Source: an uncultured Gammaproteobacteria bacterium
Lineage (GTDB): Bacteria > Pseudomonadota > Gammaproteobacteria > UBA9214
Assembly: GCA_963753755.1 (NCBI GenBank)
Contig: CAVWDM010000023.1
Coordinates: forward strand, 8,190-72,189
Reading direction: 5' to 3'
Length of the DNA: 64,000 nt
Shown: piece by piece, positions 54,325-64,000 of the stretch
Layout: each line of letters begins with the position of its first letter
How positions within the stretch are numbered: the stretch's first letter is position 1
The notes under the pieces: model-generated
Seen by the model: the letters and a program-made list of their open reading frames with translations, nothing else
Databases searched by the model: none
What the model was told of the DNA's origin: nothing
Made by a program: the position numbers and the translations under genes

Positions 54325-55419
54325 GTGGCCCCTTATGCAGCTAGTATCATGAACCCAAAGAAAGCTCAAGCAGGCGGAAATCATCTTCTCGCACGACTGG
54401 CATGCCCGGTAGTGATGCTGTGTGTGACCCTCAACGCCGCGGCTGCACAGGTCAGTTACGATCATGGCTTTGTGGAATTTGATGATGCGCCCCTTGAAGA
54501 TCCGCTGGCCTTTCCGGACTGGTTCAAACTCAGCTTTCTGGACCTGCGTGAAGATATAGCGGAGGTTCGGGAGGCGGGTAAGCAGGGACTGATACTCTAT
54601 TTCGGGCAGAAATATTGTGCCTACTGCAAGCAGTTTCTGGAAGTGGATCTGGAGGCAGGGGATATCCAGGCGTACCTGCGTCAGCATTTCGATATCATCG
54701 GCATTGATATCCACGGCGATCGCACTGTGACTGACCTGCAGGGCTGGGAGCTGACAGAGAGTGCACTGGCGATTCGAGACAAAACCAACTTTACCCCGGC
54801 ATTGATTTTCTATAACAGCACGGGAGAGGAGGTGTTGCGCTTGCGTGGCTATTATCCGCCGTATCGTTTTCGTGCGGCGCTGGAATATGTCGCTGATGCG
54901 CACTACAAGGATGAAAATTATCGTCAATACCTGGCACGTGCAGATGTACCGCTGGTGTTTGAACCCGGTGACCTCATCGATGAGCCGTTGTTCCTGCCCG
55001 GCCCCTATATGCTGGATCGCACGGTAAGGCCGGGTGAAAGGCCACTGGTTGTATTTTTTGAGCAGGGCAACTGTCACGCCTGTGATGTGCTGCACACCGG
55101 CCCCTTGCAGGACCCGGAGATAGTGACACGTTTCGAACAAATGGAGGTTGTGCAGTTACCCTTCTGGTCGGATACCCCGGTAATAACACCCTCCGGAGAA
55201 CGCATGAAGGCACGACAATGGGCTGAAAGACTGGGGCTTTTTTACACGCCCACGCTGATATTTTTTGACGAAAATGGCCGTGAAATCATGCGCGTTGATT
55301 CCGTTGTACAGTTCTACCGTTTGCGCAATGTGCTGGATTATATCCTCAGTGGCGGCTACCGCGAATTTCCGACTTTTCAGCGCTGGCGAGCCAGGCGCAG
55401 CCCGATGTTGCTGAAATAG
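54325..55419 (+). CDS. SoxW-like tandem thioredoxin-fold protein
   Basis: PDWFKLSFLDLRED, two CxxC motifs (CAYC, CHAC), two TP motifs; the start may be ATG 54349. Confidence 0.8.
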   Translation: MAPYAASIMNPKKAQAGGNHLLARLACPVVMLCVTLNAAAAQVSYDHGFVEFDDAPLEDPLAFPDWFKLSFLDLREDIAEVREAGKQGLILYFGQKYCAYCKQFLEVDLEAGDIQAYLRQHFDIIGIDIHGDRTVTDLQGWELTESALAIRDKTNFTPALIFYNSTGEEVLRLRGYYPPYRFRAALEYVADAHYKDENYRQYLARADVPLVFEPGDLIDEPLFLPGPYMLDRTVRPGERPLVVFFEQGNCHACDVLHTGPLQDPEIVTRFEQMEVVQLPFWSDTPVITPSGERMKARQWAERLGLFYTPTLIFFDENGREIMRVDSVVQFYRLRNVLDYILSGGYREFPTFQRWRARRSPMLLK

Positions 55420-55421
55420 CG

Positions 55422-56639
55422 CTAATCCTGCCAGCGTTTGAATACCAGTGTGGCATTGGTGCCACCGAATCCAAAGCTGTTGGACATCATGATACTGGTG
55501 CCGGCACTATCGATGCGCTCGCGGATGATCGGAAAACCTTCCCCGGCGGGGTCCAGATCGGTGATGTTGGCCGAGGCGCTGAGGAAATCTTCCTGCATCA
55601 TCAGCAGTGAATAAATGGCTTCGTGAACACCCGCCGCCCCCAGTGAATGGCCAGACAGCGATTTGGTCGAGTTGATTTTCGGAATATCGTCAGCAAACAC
55701 CTTGCGTACCGCTTCCAGTTCGCGCATGTCGCCGACCGGTGTACTGGTGCCGTGTGCATTGATATAGTCAATCGGCCCATCGACCGTGGACAGGGCCTGT
55801 TGCATACAGCGTACCGCACCTTCACCCGAGGGCTGGACCATGTCGTAGCCGTCGGATGTTGCGCCGTAACCGACCAGTTCGGCATAGATTTTTGCCCCGC
55901 GCGCCTGCGCGTGTTGCAGTTCTTCAAGCACCACCATGCCGCCGCCGCCGGCGATGACGAAGCCATCTCTGGTCGCGTCATACGGGCGTGATGCCGTTTC
56001 CGGTGTGTCATTGTATTTGGAGGAGAGTGCACCCATGGCATCGAACATTAGCGTCAGTGTCCAGTGCAGTTCCTCGCCGCCTCCGGCAAACACAATATCC
56101 TGTTTGCCAAACTGGATCTGTTCATAGCCATTACCAATGCAGTGGGCGCTGGTAGAACAGGCAGAGCTGATTGAGTAGTTGATGCCGAGAATCTTGAATG
56201 GTGTGGCCAGGCAGGCGGAATTGGTGCTCGACATGGTGCGCGGCACCATGTAGGGGCCAACCCGACGCAGGCCTTTGTTACGCAGCGTGTCGATGGCGAG
56301 GGAGATGTTCTCTGTGGACGAACCACCGGAGCCGGCAATCAGGCCGGTGCGAACATTGGAAATCATGTCATCCGCCAGGCCTGAATCCTCAATGGCCTCT
56401 TGCATGGCGATATAGTTGTAGGCGGCGCTATTGCCCATGAAACGGCGCAGCTTGCGGTCAATCAACGCCTCGGTATCAATATTGAGAGTGCCTGCTACAT
56501 GGCTACGAAAACCAAGTTCTTTGTACTCCGGTATGTATTCGATACCGGACTTTCCTTCCCTGAGTGAAGTGGTGACTTCCTGTTTGTTATTTCCAAGACT
56601 TGATACAACGCCAAGTCCGGTGATGACAACGCGACGCAT
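55422..56639 (-). CDS. fabB: Beta-ketoacyl-ACP synthase I
   Basis: [26 protein letters not shown]. Confidence 0.96.
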   Translation of the reverse strand: MRRVVITGLGVVSSLGNNKQEVTTSLREGKSGIEYIPEYKELGFRSHVAGTLNIDTEALIDRKLRRFMGNSAAYNYIAMQEAIEDSGLADDMISNVRTGLIAGSGGSSTENISLAIDTLRNKGLRRVGPYMVPRTMSSTNSACLATPFKILGINYSISSACSTSAHCIGNGYEQIQFGKQDIVFAGGGEELHWTLTLMFDAMGALSSKYNDTPETASRPYDATRDGFVIAGGGGMVVLEELQHAQARGAKIYAELVGYGATSDGYDMVQPSGEGAVRCMQQALSTVDGPIDYINAHGTSTPVGDMRELEAVRKVFADDIPKINSTKSLSGHSLGAAGVHEAIYSLLMMQEDFLSASANITDLDPAGEGFPIIRERIDSAGTSIMMSNSFGFGGTNATLVFKRWQD

Positions 56640-56649
56640 GATGATAATC

Positions 56650-57201
56650 CTAAAAATTTTCGGTTGAGGTAAACAGACCTACGCGCAAACTGCTGGCGTG
56701 ATAGATTTTCCGGCCGTCGACTTCCATGACACCATCGGCAATGCCCATGTTGAGCTTGCGCTGAATGACGCGTTTCATGTCAATGCGGTAGGTAATTAAG
56801 GTGTTTTTCGGGGTTACTTGGCCGGTGAACTTCACTTCACCGGCGCCCAGTGCGCGGCCACGTCCCGGGCTGCCTGCCCAGCCGAGGTAGAAGCCGACCA
56901 GTTGCCACATGGCGTCCAGGCCGAGGCAACCGGGCATCACCGGGTCACCTTCAAAATGGCAGTCAAAAAACCATAAATCCGGTTTTACATCCAGTTCGGC
57001 GATGATATGCCCCTTGCCATGTGCGCCGCCCTTGTCGCTGATCTGGGTTATACGGTCACACATCAGCATGGGGGGTAATGGCAGCTGGGCGTTGCCAGGG
57101 CCAAACATCCTCGCATGACCGCAATCGAGCAGTTCCTCGCGGGTATAACTGTGCTTTTTTACGTGAGGGGTGTGTACATCTGCCTGGGTCGATTGCGTCA
57201 T
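56650..57201 (-). CDS. fabA: 3-hydroxydecanoyl-ACP dehydratase/isomerase
   Basis: [23 protein letters not shown]. Confidence 0.97.
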   Translation of the reverse strand: MTQSTQADVHTPHVKKHSYTREELLDCGHARMFGPGNAQLPLPPMLMCDRITQISDKGGAHGKGHIIAELDVKPDLWFFDCHFEGDPVMPGCLGLDAMWQLVGFYLGWAGSPGRGRALGAGEVKFTGQVTPKNTLITYRIDMKRVIQRKLNMGIADGVMEVDGRKIYHASSLRVGLFTSTENF

Positions 57202-57312
57202 TGTAAATGCGAATAGCCTGTCTAGGTTTAATCAGGCTATTCTAATCTACTTTGAGGTGAGTCTGCACTTGTCATTGCGCCCATCGCCGGGAACATGTGA
57301 TATCGGTGTGGT

Positions 57313-57795
57313 TTAGTCCCTGAAATTAATGGTTTGCAGGGGCTGCTGCAAATCGTAGCTCTCCAGCTGACTGATAATCTGCTGTAAATCATCACGTTTT
57401 TTTCCGGTGACGCGCACCTTGTCACCCTGAATACTGCTTTGAACCTTCAATTTTGATTCCTTGATCTTTTTGACCAGTTTGCGTGCGGAATCCTGGTCAA
57501 TGCCCTGTATGACATTGATCAGCATAGTTGCCTTGCCACCGCTGTTGTGAACAGCACCTTTCGATAGTGAGGAAATGTCAATGCCGCGTTTCGACATGCG
57601 ATTGTGCAGGATATCGATTACCTGCCGAATCTGAAATTCATTTTCGCCATGTACGGTAATGGTGCCTTCCTGCTGTTCGACACGCGCGTCGCTTCCCTTG
57701 AAGTCAAAGCGGGTGCCGACTTCGCGGTTGGTCTGGTCCACGGCGTTGCTGACCTCATGCAGGTCAACTTCTGAAACAATATCAAAGGACGGCAT
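57313..57795 (-). CDS. yajQ: YajQ-family nucleotide-binding protein
   Basis: MPSFDIVS, RFDFKG, VRVTGKKRDDLQ, NFRD. Confidence 0.95.
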   Translation of the reverse strand: MPSFDIVSEVDLHEVSNAVDQTNREVGTRFDFKGSDARVEQQEGTITVHGENEFQIRQVIDILHNRMSKRGIDISSLSKGAVHNSGGKATMLINVIQGIDQDSARKLVKKIKESKLKVQSSIQGDKVRVTGKKRDDLQQIISQLESYDLQQPLQTINFRD

Positions 57796-57864
57796 ACCTG
57801 GGCTCCTGGCGAGAATAATGTGCACACTGTCAAAGGCGCCCAATTATATTCAAAAAACAGGTGG

Positions 57865-57909
57865 CTGATACAACTCATGGCCAGAAAGACCGGCCATGAG
57901 TTGTATCAG
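57865..57909. terminator. 18-bp perfect inverted repeat (terminator-like)
   Basis: CTGATACAACTCATGGCC-N9-GGCCATGAGTTGTATCAG. Confidence 0.7.
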
Positions 57910-57929
57910 AAGTGAGGATGACCCCCGGA

Positions 57930-59519
57930 TCAGCCGGGTTGCCTGGATCGCCGGAACGGGGATGCCAGGGCTGAGCAGATGCGCCGGAAAATACCAGGCT
58001 GCTTCATGGTGACGCCTTCAACTGCTTCTTCGGAGAGCGTCGTGTTTGCGGGAGTCGCTGAAGCAGCATCAGCACTGCGTTCACTCACCGTCGCATGGTC
58101 GCCGGTACCCGAAGTGTGGGTAGGTGTAGTCTCTGTAATGGGTGTGTTGTCAGGCTGTTGCCAGGCTGTCTGGGTTGCTTCACAAGGGTCATTGATATCG
58201 AATGGCGCAGTGATGATAATTGTTTCATCTTCATCTTGACCTTCATCTGCGTCATGGTCGACGGTGAAGGTTGCAGTCCCCGTCGCTGCTGCCTGCACGG
58301 GCGTCTTTGTCTGTGCGCTATCGGTTGCTGCCGATACTGACAGTTCGGGTACAGGGCCGGCAAACATGCTCGGTATATCATCAGGCACCTGTCTGGTACG
58401 GAATTCAACCGTGGTCAACTCATCATTTGCCAATGCCTCGTCGTTTTCGGCGTTGACGTTTTCATATGCTATTTCAGGCTCGACAGGCTGGTTGATCATT
58501 GCGGTGATGTCTTCATCCTGCAACACCGGTACAGTCACCTGGGTGGACGCCTGGTCCTGTGATGAAGATGCACCAGCCCCGGATTGTTCGAATACGACCT
58601 GATTGCCTCCCTGGGACACGGCATAAACAAGTCGGCTATCAGCAATCGACAGCATCTCTTCAAAACGCGTATCACGACGTATCTCGGGTGCTGCAACACC
58701 GATACTGACCGTGTAACGGATCCTTTTTTCACCCTGTTTGAGAATGCGTGCGCGGATATCACGATTTGTCCGGTCAGCCAGGTTGCGGATACCGGTGGTG
58801 CTCATGCCTGGCAGTAGCAGGGAAAAACGGGCGCTACCGACACGCGCGGCCATGTCTTCATGGCGAATACTTGATTTTAGCACCGTCGCGACGGACTTGA
58901 TTATTGATTCGGAAATATCCTTGCCGTGATGCTTGAACAGTTCATCAAAGTCATCGATTTCAATGCGGAAAACTGCAAGACTGGTTTTGTGGCGAATAGC
59001 ATATGACAGCTGCTGGTAACTGTGGTCCATAAAGGCGGCTTCGTTTGCCAGACCGGTGACCGGGTCCGTCAGTGCCTGCTCCTCCAGTCCGATGTTTTCT
59101 TCCATCAGTGTCTGGGTTGTTGTATGTGCGCTCGCATGTGCCTGTGTGCGCGCAAGCAAGTGGACGGAATCGAACGGTTTGCCTATGAAATCAGTGGCGC
59201 CCGCCTGTTTGGCGCGCTCCTTCGTTGATTCGGAATCATTGGCGCCGGTGATGACAATAACAGGGATGGTCTTTATTTGCGGTAGGTGCGAGCTTCTTAT
59301 GCGTTCAAGCAGACCATAGCCATCAAGGTTTGGCATGGTCAGGTCGGAGACAACCAGGGAAAACGGAGCGCTATTGTTGAGTAATTCCCATGCATTTTCA
59401 CCATCCACTGCTTCAACCGTATCGAAGTGGTTCTGCAGGATTTTTCGTGCTGTGACCCGGATAACCCTGGAGTCATCAACGATTAATAACCGTTGTTTGT
59501 TGCCTGATTCGTTGCTCAT
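57930..59519 (-). CDS. Response regulator: REC + degenerate GGDEF + low-complexity tail
   Basis: LLIVDDS, SDLTMP, KPF; DPVTGLAN, RHED, ARVGSARF in place of GG(D/E)EF. Confidence 0.88.
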   Translation of the reverse strand: MSNESGNKQRLLIVDDSRVIRVTARKILQNHFDTVEAVDGENAWELLNNSAPFSLVVSDLTMPNLDGYGLLERIRSSHLPQIKTIPVIVITGANDSESTKERAKQAGATDFIGKPFDSVHLLARTQAHASAHTTTQTLMEENIGLEEQALTDPVTGLANEAAFMDHSYQQLSYAIRHKTSLAVFRIEIDDFDELFKHHGKDISESIIKSVATVLKSSIRHEDMAARVGSARFSLLLPGMSTTGIRNLADRTNRDIRARILKQGEKRIRYTVSIGVAAPEIRRDTRFEEMLSIADSRLVYAVSQGGNQVVFEQSGAGASSSQDQASTQVTVPVLQDEDITAMINQPVEPEIAYENVNAENDEALANDELTTVEFRTRQVPDDIPSMFAGPVPELSVSAATDSAQTKTPVQAAATGTATFTVDHDADEGQDEDETIIITAPFDINDPCEATQTAWQQPDNTPITETTPTHTSGTGDHATVSERSADAASATPANTTLSEEAVEGVTMKQPGIFRRICSALASPFRRSRQPG

Positions 59520-59787
59520 TTCCCCGCCCGTGCTGATGTGATGATTCTTGCAGTCGTATCGGCGTTGAGGATCTTATCTTTAACCGTTGGCGCTGCCATG
59601 GAATGCAACGCTGTCCGGGTCGTAGCTCTGTGGTGGTTGATGCTATGATGCGTTTACAGTCGGCAGACAGCCGCGCGGGTTTAGCTGTCAAGGTGGCGGC
59701 CGATGCGGTGTCATCTTCAGTGTATTGTTTTTTTTCAGGCAAACGGAATTGGTCCTGGTGACTTTGGCGTACTGAACGGATTGGCGA

Positions 59788-61161
59788 ATGGTTAACGAGG
59801 TTCATAACTTGCTGGCGCGGCTCAACTCCCTGGTCTGGGATGATGAAATGCGTGAGCTGTCCGGCTGGCGTCACTACCTGGTGTTTGTGTTACGCGTTTT
59901 GCATTTGTTAATAAAGGAACTGATGGGTGGCCAGTTAAACCTGCGTGCCATGAGTCTTGTTTATACCACCCTGCTGTCGGTTGTGCCATTGCTGGCGGTC
60001 AGTTTTTCTGTACTCAAGGGTTTCGGGGTTCATAACAGGATTGAACCGCTGCTTTATAATCTGCTGACACCGCTTGGTCCGAATGGTATTGAAATTACCG
60101 ACAGGATTATCAGTTTTGTTGAAAATGTAAAAGTCGGCGTGCTGGGATCAATCGGTATTGTATTGCTGATCTACACCGTTATTTCATTGTTGCAAAAAAT
60201 CGAGTCTGCCTTCAATTTTGTCTGGCAGATTGATCACCTGCGATCACTTTCACAGCGTATCAGTAACTACCTTAGTGTCACCCTGGTAGGACCGGTGCTC
60301 ATCTTCAGCGCAGTTGGTTTTACTGCCATGGTGTTGGATACGGAGACAGCACAACAGCTGGTTGCAATAGAACCCTTTGGTACCCTGATGTACTATGTCA
60401 GCAAGCTGGTTCCCTACGTCCTCGTGTGCCTGGCGTTCACGCTTATCTATATCTTCATCCCTAATACGCATGTGCAGTTTACTGCGGCCCTGGTCGGTGG
60501 TGTGATTGCCGGTGTCCTGTGGAAAATAACCGGCTGGGGATTTGCCGCATTCATCGCTTCATCTTCAAAGTATGCAGCGATCTATTCTGGGTTTGCCATC
60601 GTGATCATGTTGCTGATCTGGATGTACCTGAGCTGGTTGATCTTGCTGGTGGGGTCGCAGATTGCCTACTTTGTGCAACATCCAAAGTACATGACCCTGC
60701 ACCGGGAACCGATGGTACTCAGTAATCGAATGCGCGAGCGGTTGGCGCTGCAGGTAATGTTTCTGGTCGGGTATAATTATGTTCATGGCAAGGAAGCCTG
60801 GACGCTTGATCGTTTTGTCGAGTATCTTGACCTGCCCGGTGAGGCGCTACTGCGTATTCTCAGGACACTTGTCGATGCAGGCTACCTGATTGAGGTTGAC
60901 AACAACAGTGCACCGCTGTACATGCCTATGCACGACGTTGAGAACATACGAATCATTGATGTGTTGAACGATGTTCGTTGCTCTCGTGAGACTCGGGTCT
61001 TGAGTCTGCAGCAGTTAACACCGGTAAGGGCTATTGAGCAGCTTATGATGGAATTGAATACAGCGCAGCAGTCTGTACTGGGCGAGCAAACACTCCGCAG
61101 TATGGTGCTGGCAGTTGATGAAGAGCTGGAGGCTGGAAGTCAGGTCCCGGTCAAGCAATAA
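59788..61161 (+). CDS. YihY/BrkB-family membrane protein with C-terminal extension
   Basis: SLVYTTLLSVVPLL, IESAFNFVW, IYSGFA, W.Y.SW.I.L.G. Confidence 0.9.
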   Translation: MVNEVHNLLARLNSLVWDDEMRELSGWRHYLVFVLRVLHLLIKELMGGQLNLRAMSLVYTTLLSVVPLLAVSFSVLKGFGVHNRIEPLLYNLLTPLGPNGIEITDRIISFVENVKVGVLGSIGIVLLIYTVISLLQKIESAFNFVWQIDHLRSLSQRISNYLSVTLVGPVLIFSAVGFTAMVLDTETAQQLVAIEPFGTLMYYVSKLVPYVLVCLAFTLIYIFIPNTHVQFTAALVGGVIAGVLWKITGWGFAAFIASSSKYAAIYSGFAIVIMLLIWMYLSWLILLVGSQIAYFVQHPKYMTLHREPMVLSNRMRERLALQVMFLVGYNYVHGKEAWTLDRFVEYLDLPGEALLRILRTLVDAGYLIEVDNNSAPLYMPMHDVENIRIIDVLNDVRCSRETRVLSLQQLTPVRAIEQLMMELNTAQQSVLGEQTLRSMVLAVDEELEAGSQVPVKQ

Positions 61162-61650
61162 CTATTCAAGCAGGCTCAGGGTTGTAGCACTGGATGTCTT
61201 AATGTCCATCCAGTCTGGCAGGTTTTCCAGCAGCGTGTGATAGAGTTTCTGTGTATCCGTGCTTTGGCAGCCGCTCAATCCGGGTCGATGGCTGATGCGG
61301 TAATACCAGGCGGGATAACCGCCTGCCGATTCGGGTGCGCTGGTGGGGAGTGGGCCAATATTTTCCGCGAACTCACCATTCATTACCCAGGTGTCGCTGC
61401 ACAGTTGTTTTGCGGTTTTTTCCCTGGCATTAACCAGTGAGATGTGAGTCATTGCCTTGGCAACCGTTGCGGTCTGGGCACTGTCGCGTGGAACCCAGGC
61501 AATGTAGTGATCCAGCATCGGATCTGCCTCGGGGATTTGGCTGGCGGCGACTGGATTGTGATAGGGGCCTGTAGCGGAGAGTGTTGCGCATCCCTGCAGT
61601 GCCAGCAGGGCGATAGTCGAGATGCTTGTCCTGATCGCTTGAAACCACAT
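61162..61650 (-). CDS. Hypothetical lipoprotein
   Basis: LQGC lipobox. Confidence 0.65.
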   Translation of the reverse strand: MWFQAIRTSISTIALLALQGCATLSATGPYHNPVAASQIPEADPMLDHYIAWVPRDSAQTATVAKAMTHISLVNAREKTAKQLCSDTWVMNGEFAENIGPLPTSAPESAGGYPAWYYRISHRPGLSGCQSTDTQKLYHTLLENLPDWMDIKTSSATTLSLLE

Positions 61651-61805
61651 TACGAACGCTCCAGGGGGTGCCTTGGTTTGCAGACACGTCCCGTATTTAT
61701 CAGAATACAGTCTAGGGTGTGTGATCGGATAAAACTGTGATCCGCTATGTAAACACTAAAAACACTGTAAACTACAGGGTATTGACGAGGCTCTAGGACA
61801 GATAC

Positions 61806-62009
61806 ATGGTCGCAGCACACAGTAGCGTTGAGCAATGCGTGGAGTCACTGTGCCAGCACGGCTGTGAGCGCGTCTCTGCCTATATCGGGTTACTGAGAGC
61901 TGGCGAGGTATTTGCCGAAGTAGCTGATCTAACTGAGGTTGAACGGCAGCTGGTGCTGAATGAACTGGTGGCCATTATGGCGCCATATAACGAGAAGGAT
62001 GGCAACTGA
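61806..62009 (+). CDS. Small hypothetical protein
   Basis: AGGA RBS; CVESLCQHGC..V motif, ELVAIMAPY. Confidence 0.6.
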   Translation: MVAAHSSVEQCVESLCQHGCERVSAYIGLLRAGEVFAEVADLTEVERQLVLNELVAIMAPYNEKDGN

Positions 62010-62036
62010 TTGTTTCCCGACTGTGGGTTTGTGACA

Positions 62037-62531
62037 TCAGTGCTTTATTGACTTTAACTCATCAACCTCGCCGTTGACATCGACAACTTTCGAAAATCGG
62101 GGTGAGTCATTCAATAATGAATCAATATCGTTCCTGATGCTGGAGAGTTCGGCCAGTTCATCGTAGTCTGGATCGCTTGCCGTAAGGTCGTTATCGGTCG
62201 CCGGCGTCTCCGCTGGCTGATGCCCCAGTGAGGGGGCATCTTCCTGGTCAGCACAGAGGTGGTATGCGCCGGTGGCCAGGTGCTCATAAACGGCACGATA
62301 GCTGCGCGTCATTTCCTGCACAAGATCCGAGGTGTGCATGAAATGCTGACTGACCTGTTCACGGTACTCGGCAAATCGTTCTACGAGCTGGTCCAGTTCT
62401 TCCTGCAGATTCTGGTTCCGGTTATTGTGGCGGGTAAGGGTGTAGGTCACGATGCTGCCCAGTCCAATACCGAGCAGGACGCATAATGCGCCGACTATCC
62501 ATAGGTAACTCGTTTCATTCAGCTCAACCAT
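62037..62531 (-). CDS. YhcB/ZapG (DUF1043) family protein
   Basis: N-terminal TM, YREQVSQHF..T..L...M..SY..VYEHLA.GA. Confidence 0.85.
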   Translation of the reverse strand: MVELNETSYLWIVGALCVLLGIGLGSIVTYTLTRHNNRNQNLQEELDQLVERFAEYREQVSQHFMHTSDLVQEMTRSYRAVYEHLATGAYHLCADQEDAPSLGHQPAETPATDNDLTASDPDYDELAELSSIRNDIDSLLNDSPRFSKVVDVNGEVDELKSIKH

Positions 62532-62686
62532 GCTGAGACCTCGCAAGTGTGACTGCGCATTGCCGCGCGGATGATTCCCGGGCACATTGTACTGCAATTC
62601 ATGCACAAAGAAATCTTGCCAGAGGACTGGTTTCTGTTGGTGTTTGTGTCGGTATCACTCAAAGTAAAAAACAGTACAGTGATTGT

Positions 62687-63427
62687 TCATAGTGATTCAT
62701 GGGCGTGCTCGGGTGCAGTTGCCGGGCGCTGGCCGAAAATGGCGCTGCCGACGCGAATCATCGTGGCACCTTCGGCAATGGCGACCTCGAAGTCATTGCT
62801 CATTCCCATGGAAAGTTCACTGAAACGGTGCGCATCAAATCGTTGCGCACACGCCTCAGACAGTTTCCGCAGGGCGGCAAAGGTTGCGCGTGTCTGATCG
62901 AGGCTGTCGTTGCGGCGACCGATGGTCATCAAGCCACGCAAACGGATGCCAGTTAGCCCGGCATCTAACAGGTCTTCAATAAAAGGGTAGATCGATGCCG
63001 CCTGCAGACCAAATTTATCAGGATCACTGGCGATGTTGACCTGTAATAGCACATTCAGTGTGCTCCGTGACCGCGTGGCGCTGGCAGACAGTTTATTGGC
63101 AAGTTTCAGACTGTCAAGTGTATGCAACCAGGTAAAATTGACGGCGACCGAATTTGCCTTGTTGGATTGCAGGTGGCCGATGAAGTGCCACTCGTTTGCC
63201 GGGTCATCCAGCAGAATTTGCTTGCTGTGTGCATCCTGCAGGGTGTTTTCGCCGAAGCAGTGCTGTCCTGCTGACATGGCTGCTTGCACGTATTCGGGTG
63301 GCATGTACTTGGTAACAGCGATCAGCCGTATGTCATCGATGTTGCGTTCGGCTTCAGTCGCGGCTATCCGCATGCGTTCGCGGATGTTCTCAAGGTTAAT
63401 CTTGATAGTGCTGGTTGATAGTGACAC
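62687..63427 (-). CDS. yggS: PLP homeostasis protein
   Basis: LIAVTK, FGEN, WHFIGHLQSNK, LSMGMSND, RVGSAIFG. Confidence 0.95.
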   Translation of the reverse strand: MSLSTSTIKINLENIRERMRIAATEAERNIDDIRLIAVTKYMPPEYVQAAMSAGQHCFGENTLQDAHSKQILLDDPANEWHFIGHLQSNKANSVAVNFTWLHTLDSLKLANKLSASATRSRSTLNVLLQVNIASDPDKFGLQAASIYPFIEDLLDAGLTGIRLRGLMTIGRRNDSLDQTRATFAALRKLSEACAQRFDAHRFSELSMGMSNDFEVAIAEGATMIRVGSAIFGQRPATAPEHAHESL

Positions 63428-63449
63428 GTTGTTTAAACCGGTTCCTCAC

Positions 63450-64000
63450 TCATGCATGAACCACATTACGCGGCCTGCCGTTCAGAAATGCATGAATATT
63501 GTCAGTCAGTTCATTGATGAGCGATTGCCGTGCGGTAATGCTTGCCCAGGCAATGTGCGGTGTCACGATCAAATTGGGTACCGGTTCGTCCAGTAGTGGA
63601 TTACCACGGCCTGGAGGTTCTTCGCTCAACACATCAATTGCGGCGCCGGCAATTGCACCGGACTGAAGCGCCTGTTTCAGCGCCGTTTCATTGACGATGC
63701 CGCCCCGTGCCGTGTTGATCAGCAGGGTGTCTTTGCCCATCAGCGCAAATTCACCATGGTCTATAAGATTGCGGGTCGTCTCGGTAAGTGGACAATGCAG
63801 AGTGATAATATCAGCTTGGGATAACAGCTGTTGCAGTGAGCAGCGACCCGCCTGGGGTTTTCCACCCGGCCGTTGTGCAATCAGGATCTCCATTCCAAAT
63901 GCCCTGCCCATGGTGGCGACTGCATTGCCCAGTTCCCCGTAACCGATAATTCCCAGGGTCTGTCCGGCCAGTTCCCTGATCGGGTAGTCCAGCAGGCAAA
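63450..64000 (-). CDS. D-2-hydroxyacid dehydrogenase (glycerate dehydrogenase-like), 5' end outside window
   Basis: GIIGYGELG, LHCPLT, INTARG, TPHIAW; frame open to the window edge. Confidence 0.9.
   Translation of the reverse strand, partial: CLLDYPIRELAGQTLGIIGYGELGNAVATMGRAFGMEILIAQRPGGKPQAGRCSLQQLLSQADIITLHCPLTETTRNLIDHGEFALMGKDTLLINTARGGIVNETALKQALQSGAIAGAAIDVLSEEPPGRGNPLLDEPVPNLIVTPHIAWASITARQSLINELTDNIHAFLNGRPRNVVHA

Overview
This window looks like a gammaproteobacterial chromosome segment; a SoxW-like gene and exosortase-associated genes suggest a Chromatiales/Thiotrichales-like organism (inference). Most of it is conserved core: ispG, lexA-imuA/sulA, mreBCD-mrdA-rodA-mltB-rlpA-dacA-dat, gatCAB-pdxB, hemA-prfA-prmC-moeB, TPR-lolB-ispE-tRNA-Gln-prs-rplY-pth-ychF-tRNA-Met, letAB-like MCE genes, nadA, queD, fabA-fabB, yajQ and yggS. 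Two gene-poor accessory zones (about 1-10.5 kb and 40.2-43.5 kb) hold the interesting features. (1) A head-to-tail pair of class IIC group II introns sits directly after a Rho-independent terminator: an ORF-less 632-nt copy (1784-2415) is fused with no spacer to a 1835-nt RT-encoding copy (2416-4250). They share an identical 334-nt 5' part and near-identical DV-DVI but have different DIII tips and DIV. (2) A family of short dispersed modules is shared by both zones (17-mer TGTACCTAAGGACAATA x3, CGAGGTAGACACCTGTC x2, others) and abuts decapitated secreted-protein genes that keep mainly their C-terminal VPLPA/PEP-CTERM or PPGPSCC tails and terminators. (3) There is a candidate sRNA with anti-Shine-Dalgarno loops, a sigma-54 promoter with paired palindromes, a probable ATC start codon for mreC, and a decayed island at tRNA-Met. 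All calls come from reading the sequence and recalling family motifs; no searches or folding were run.
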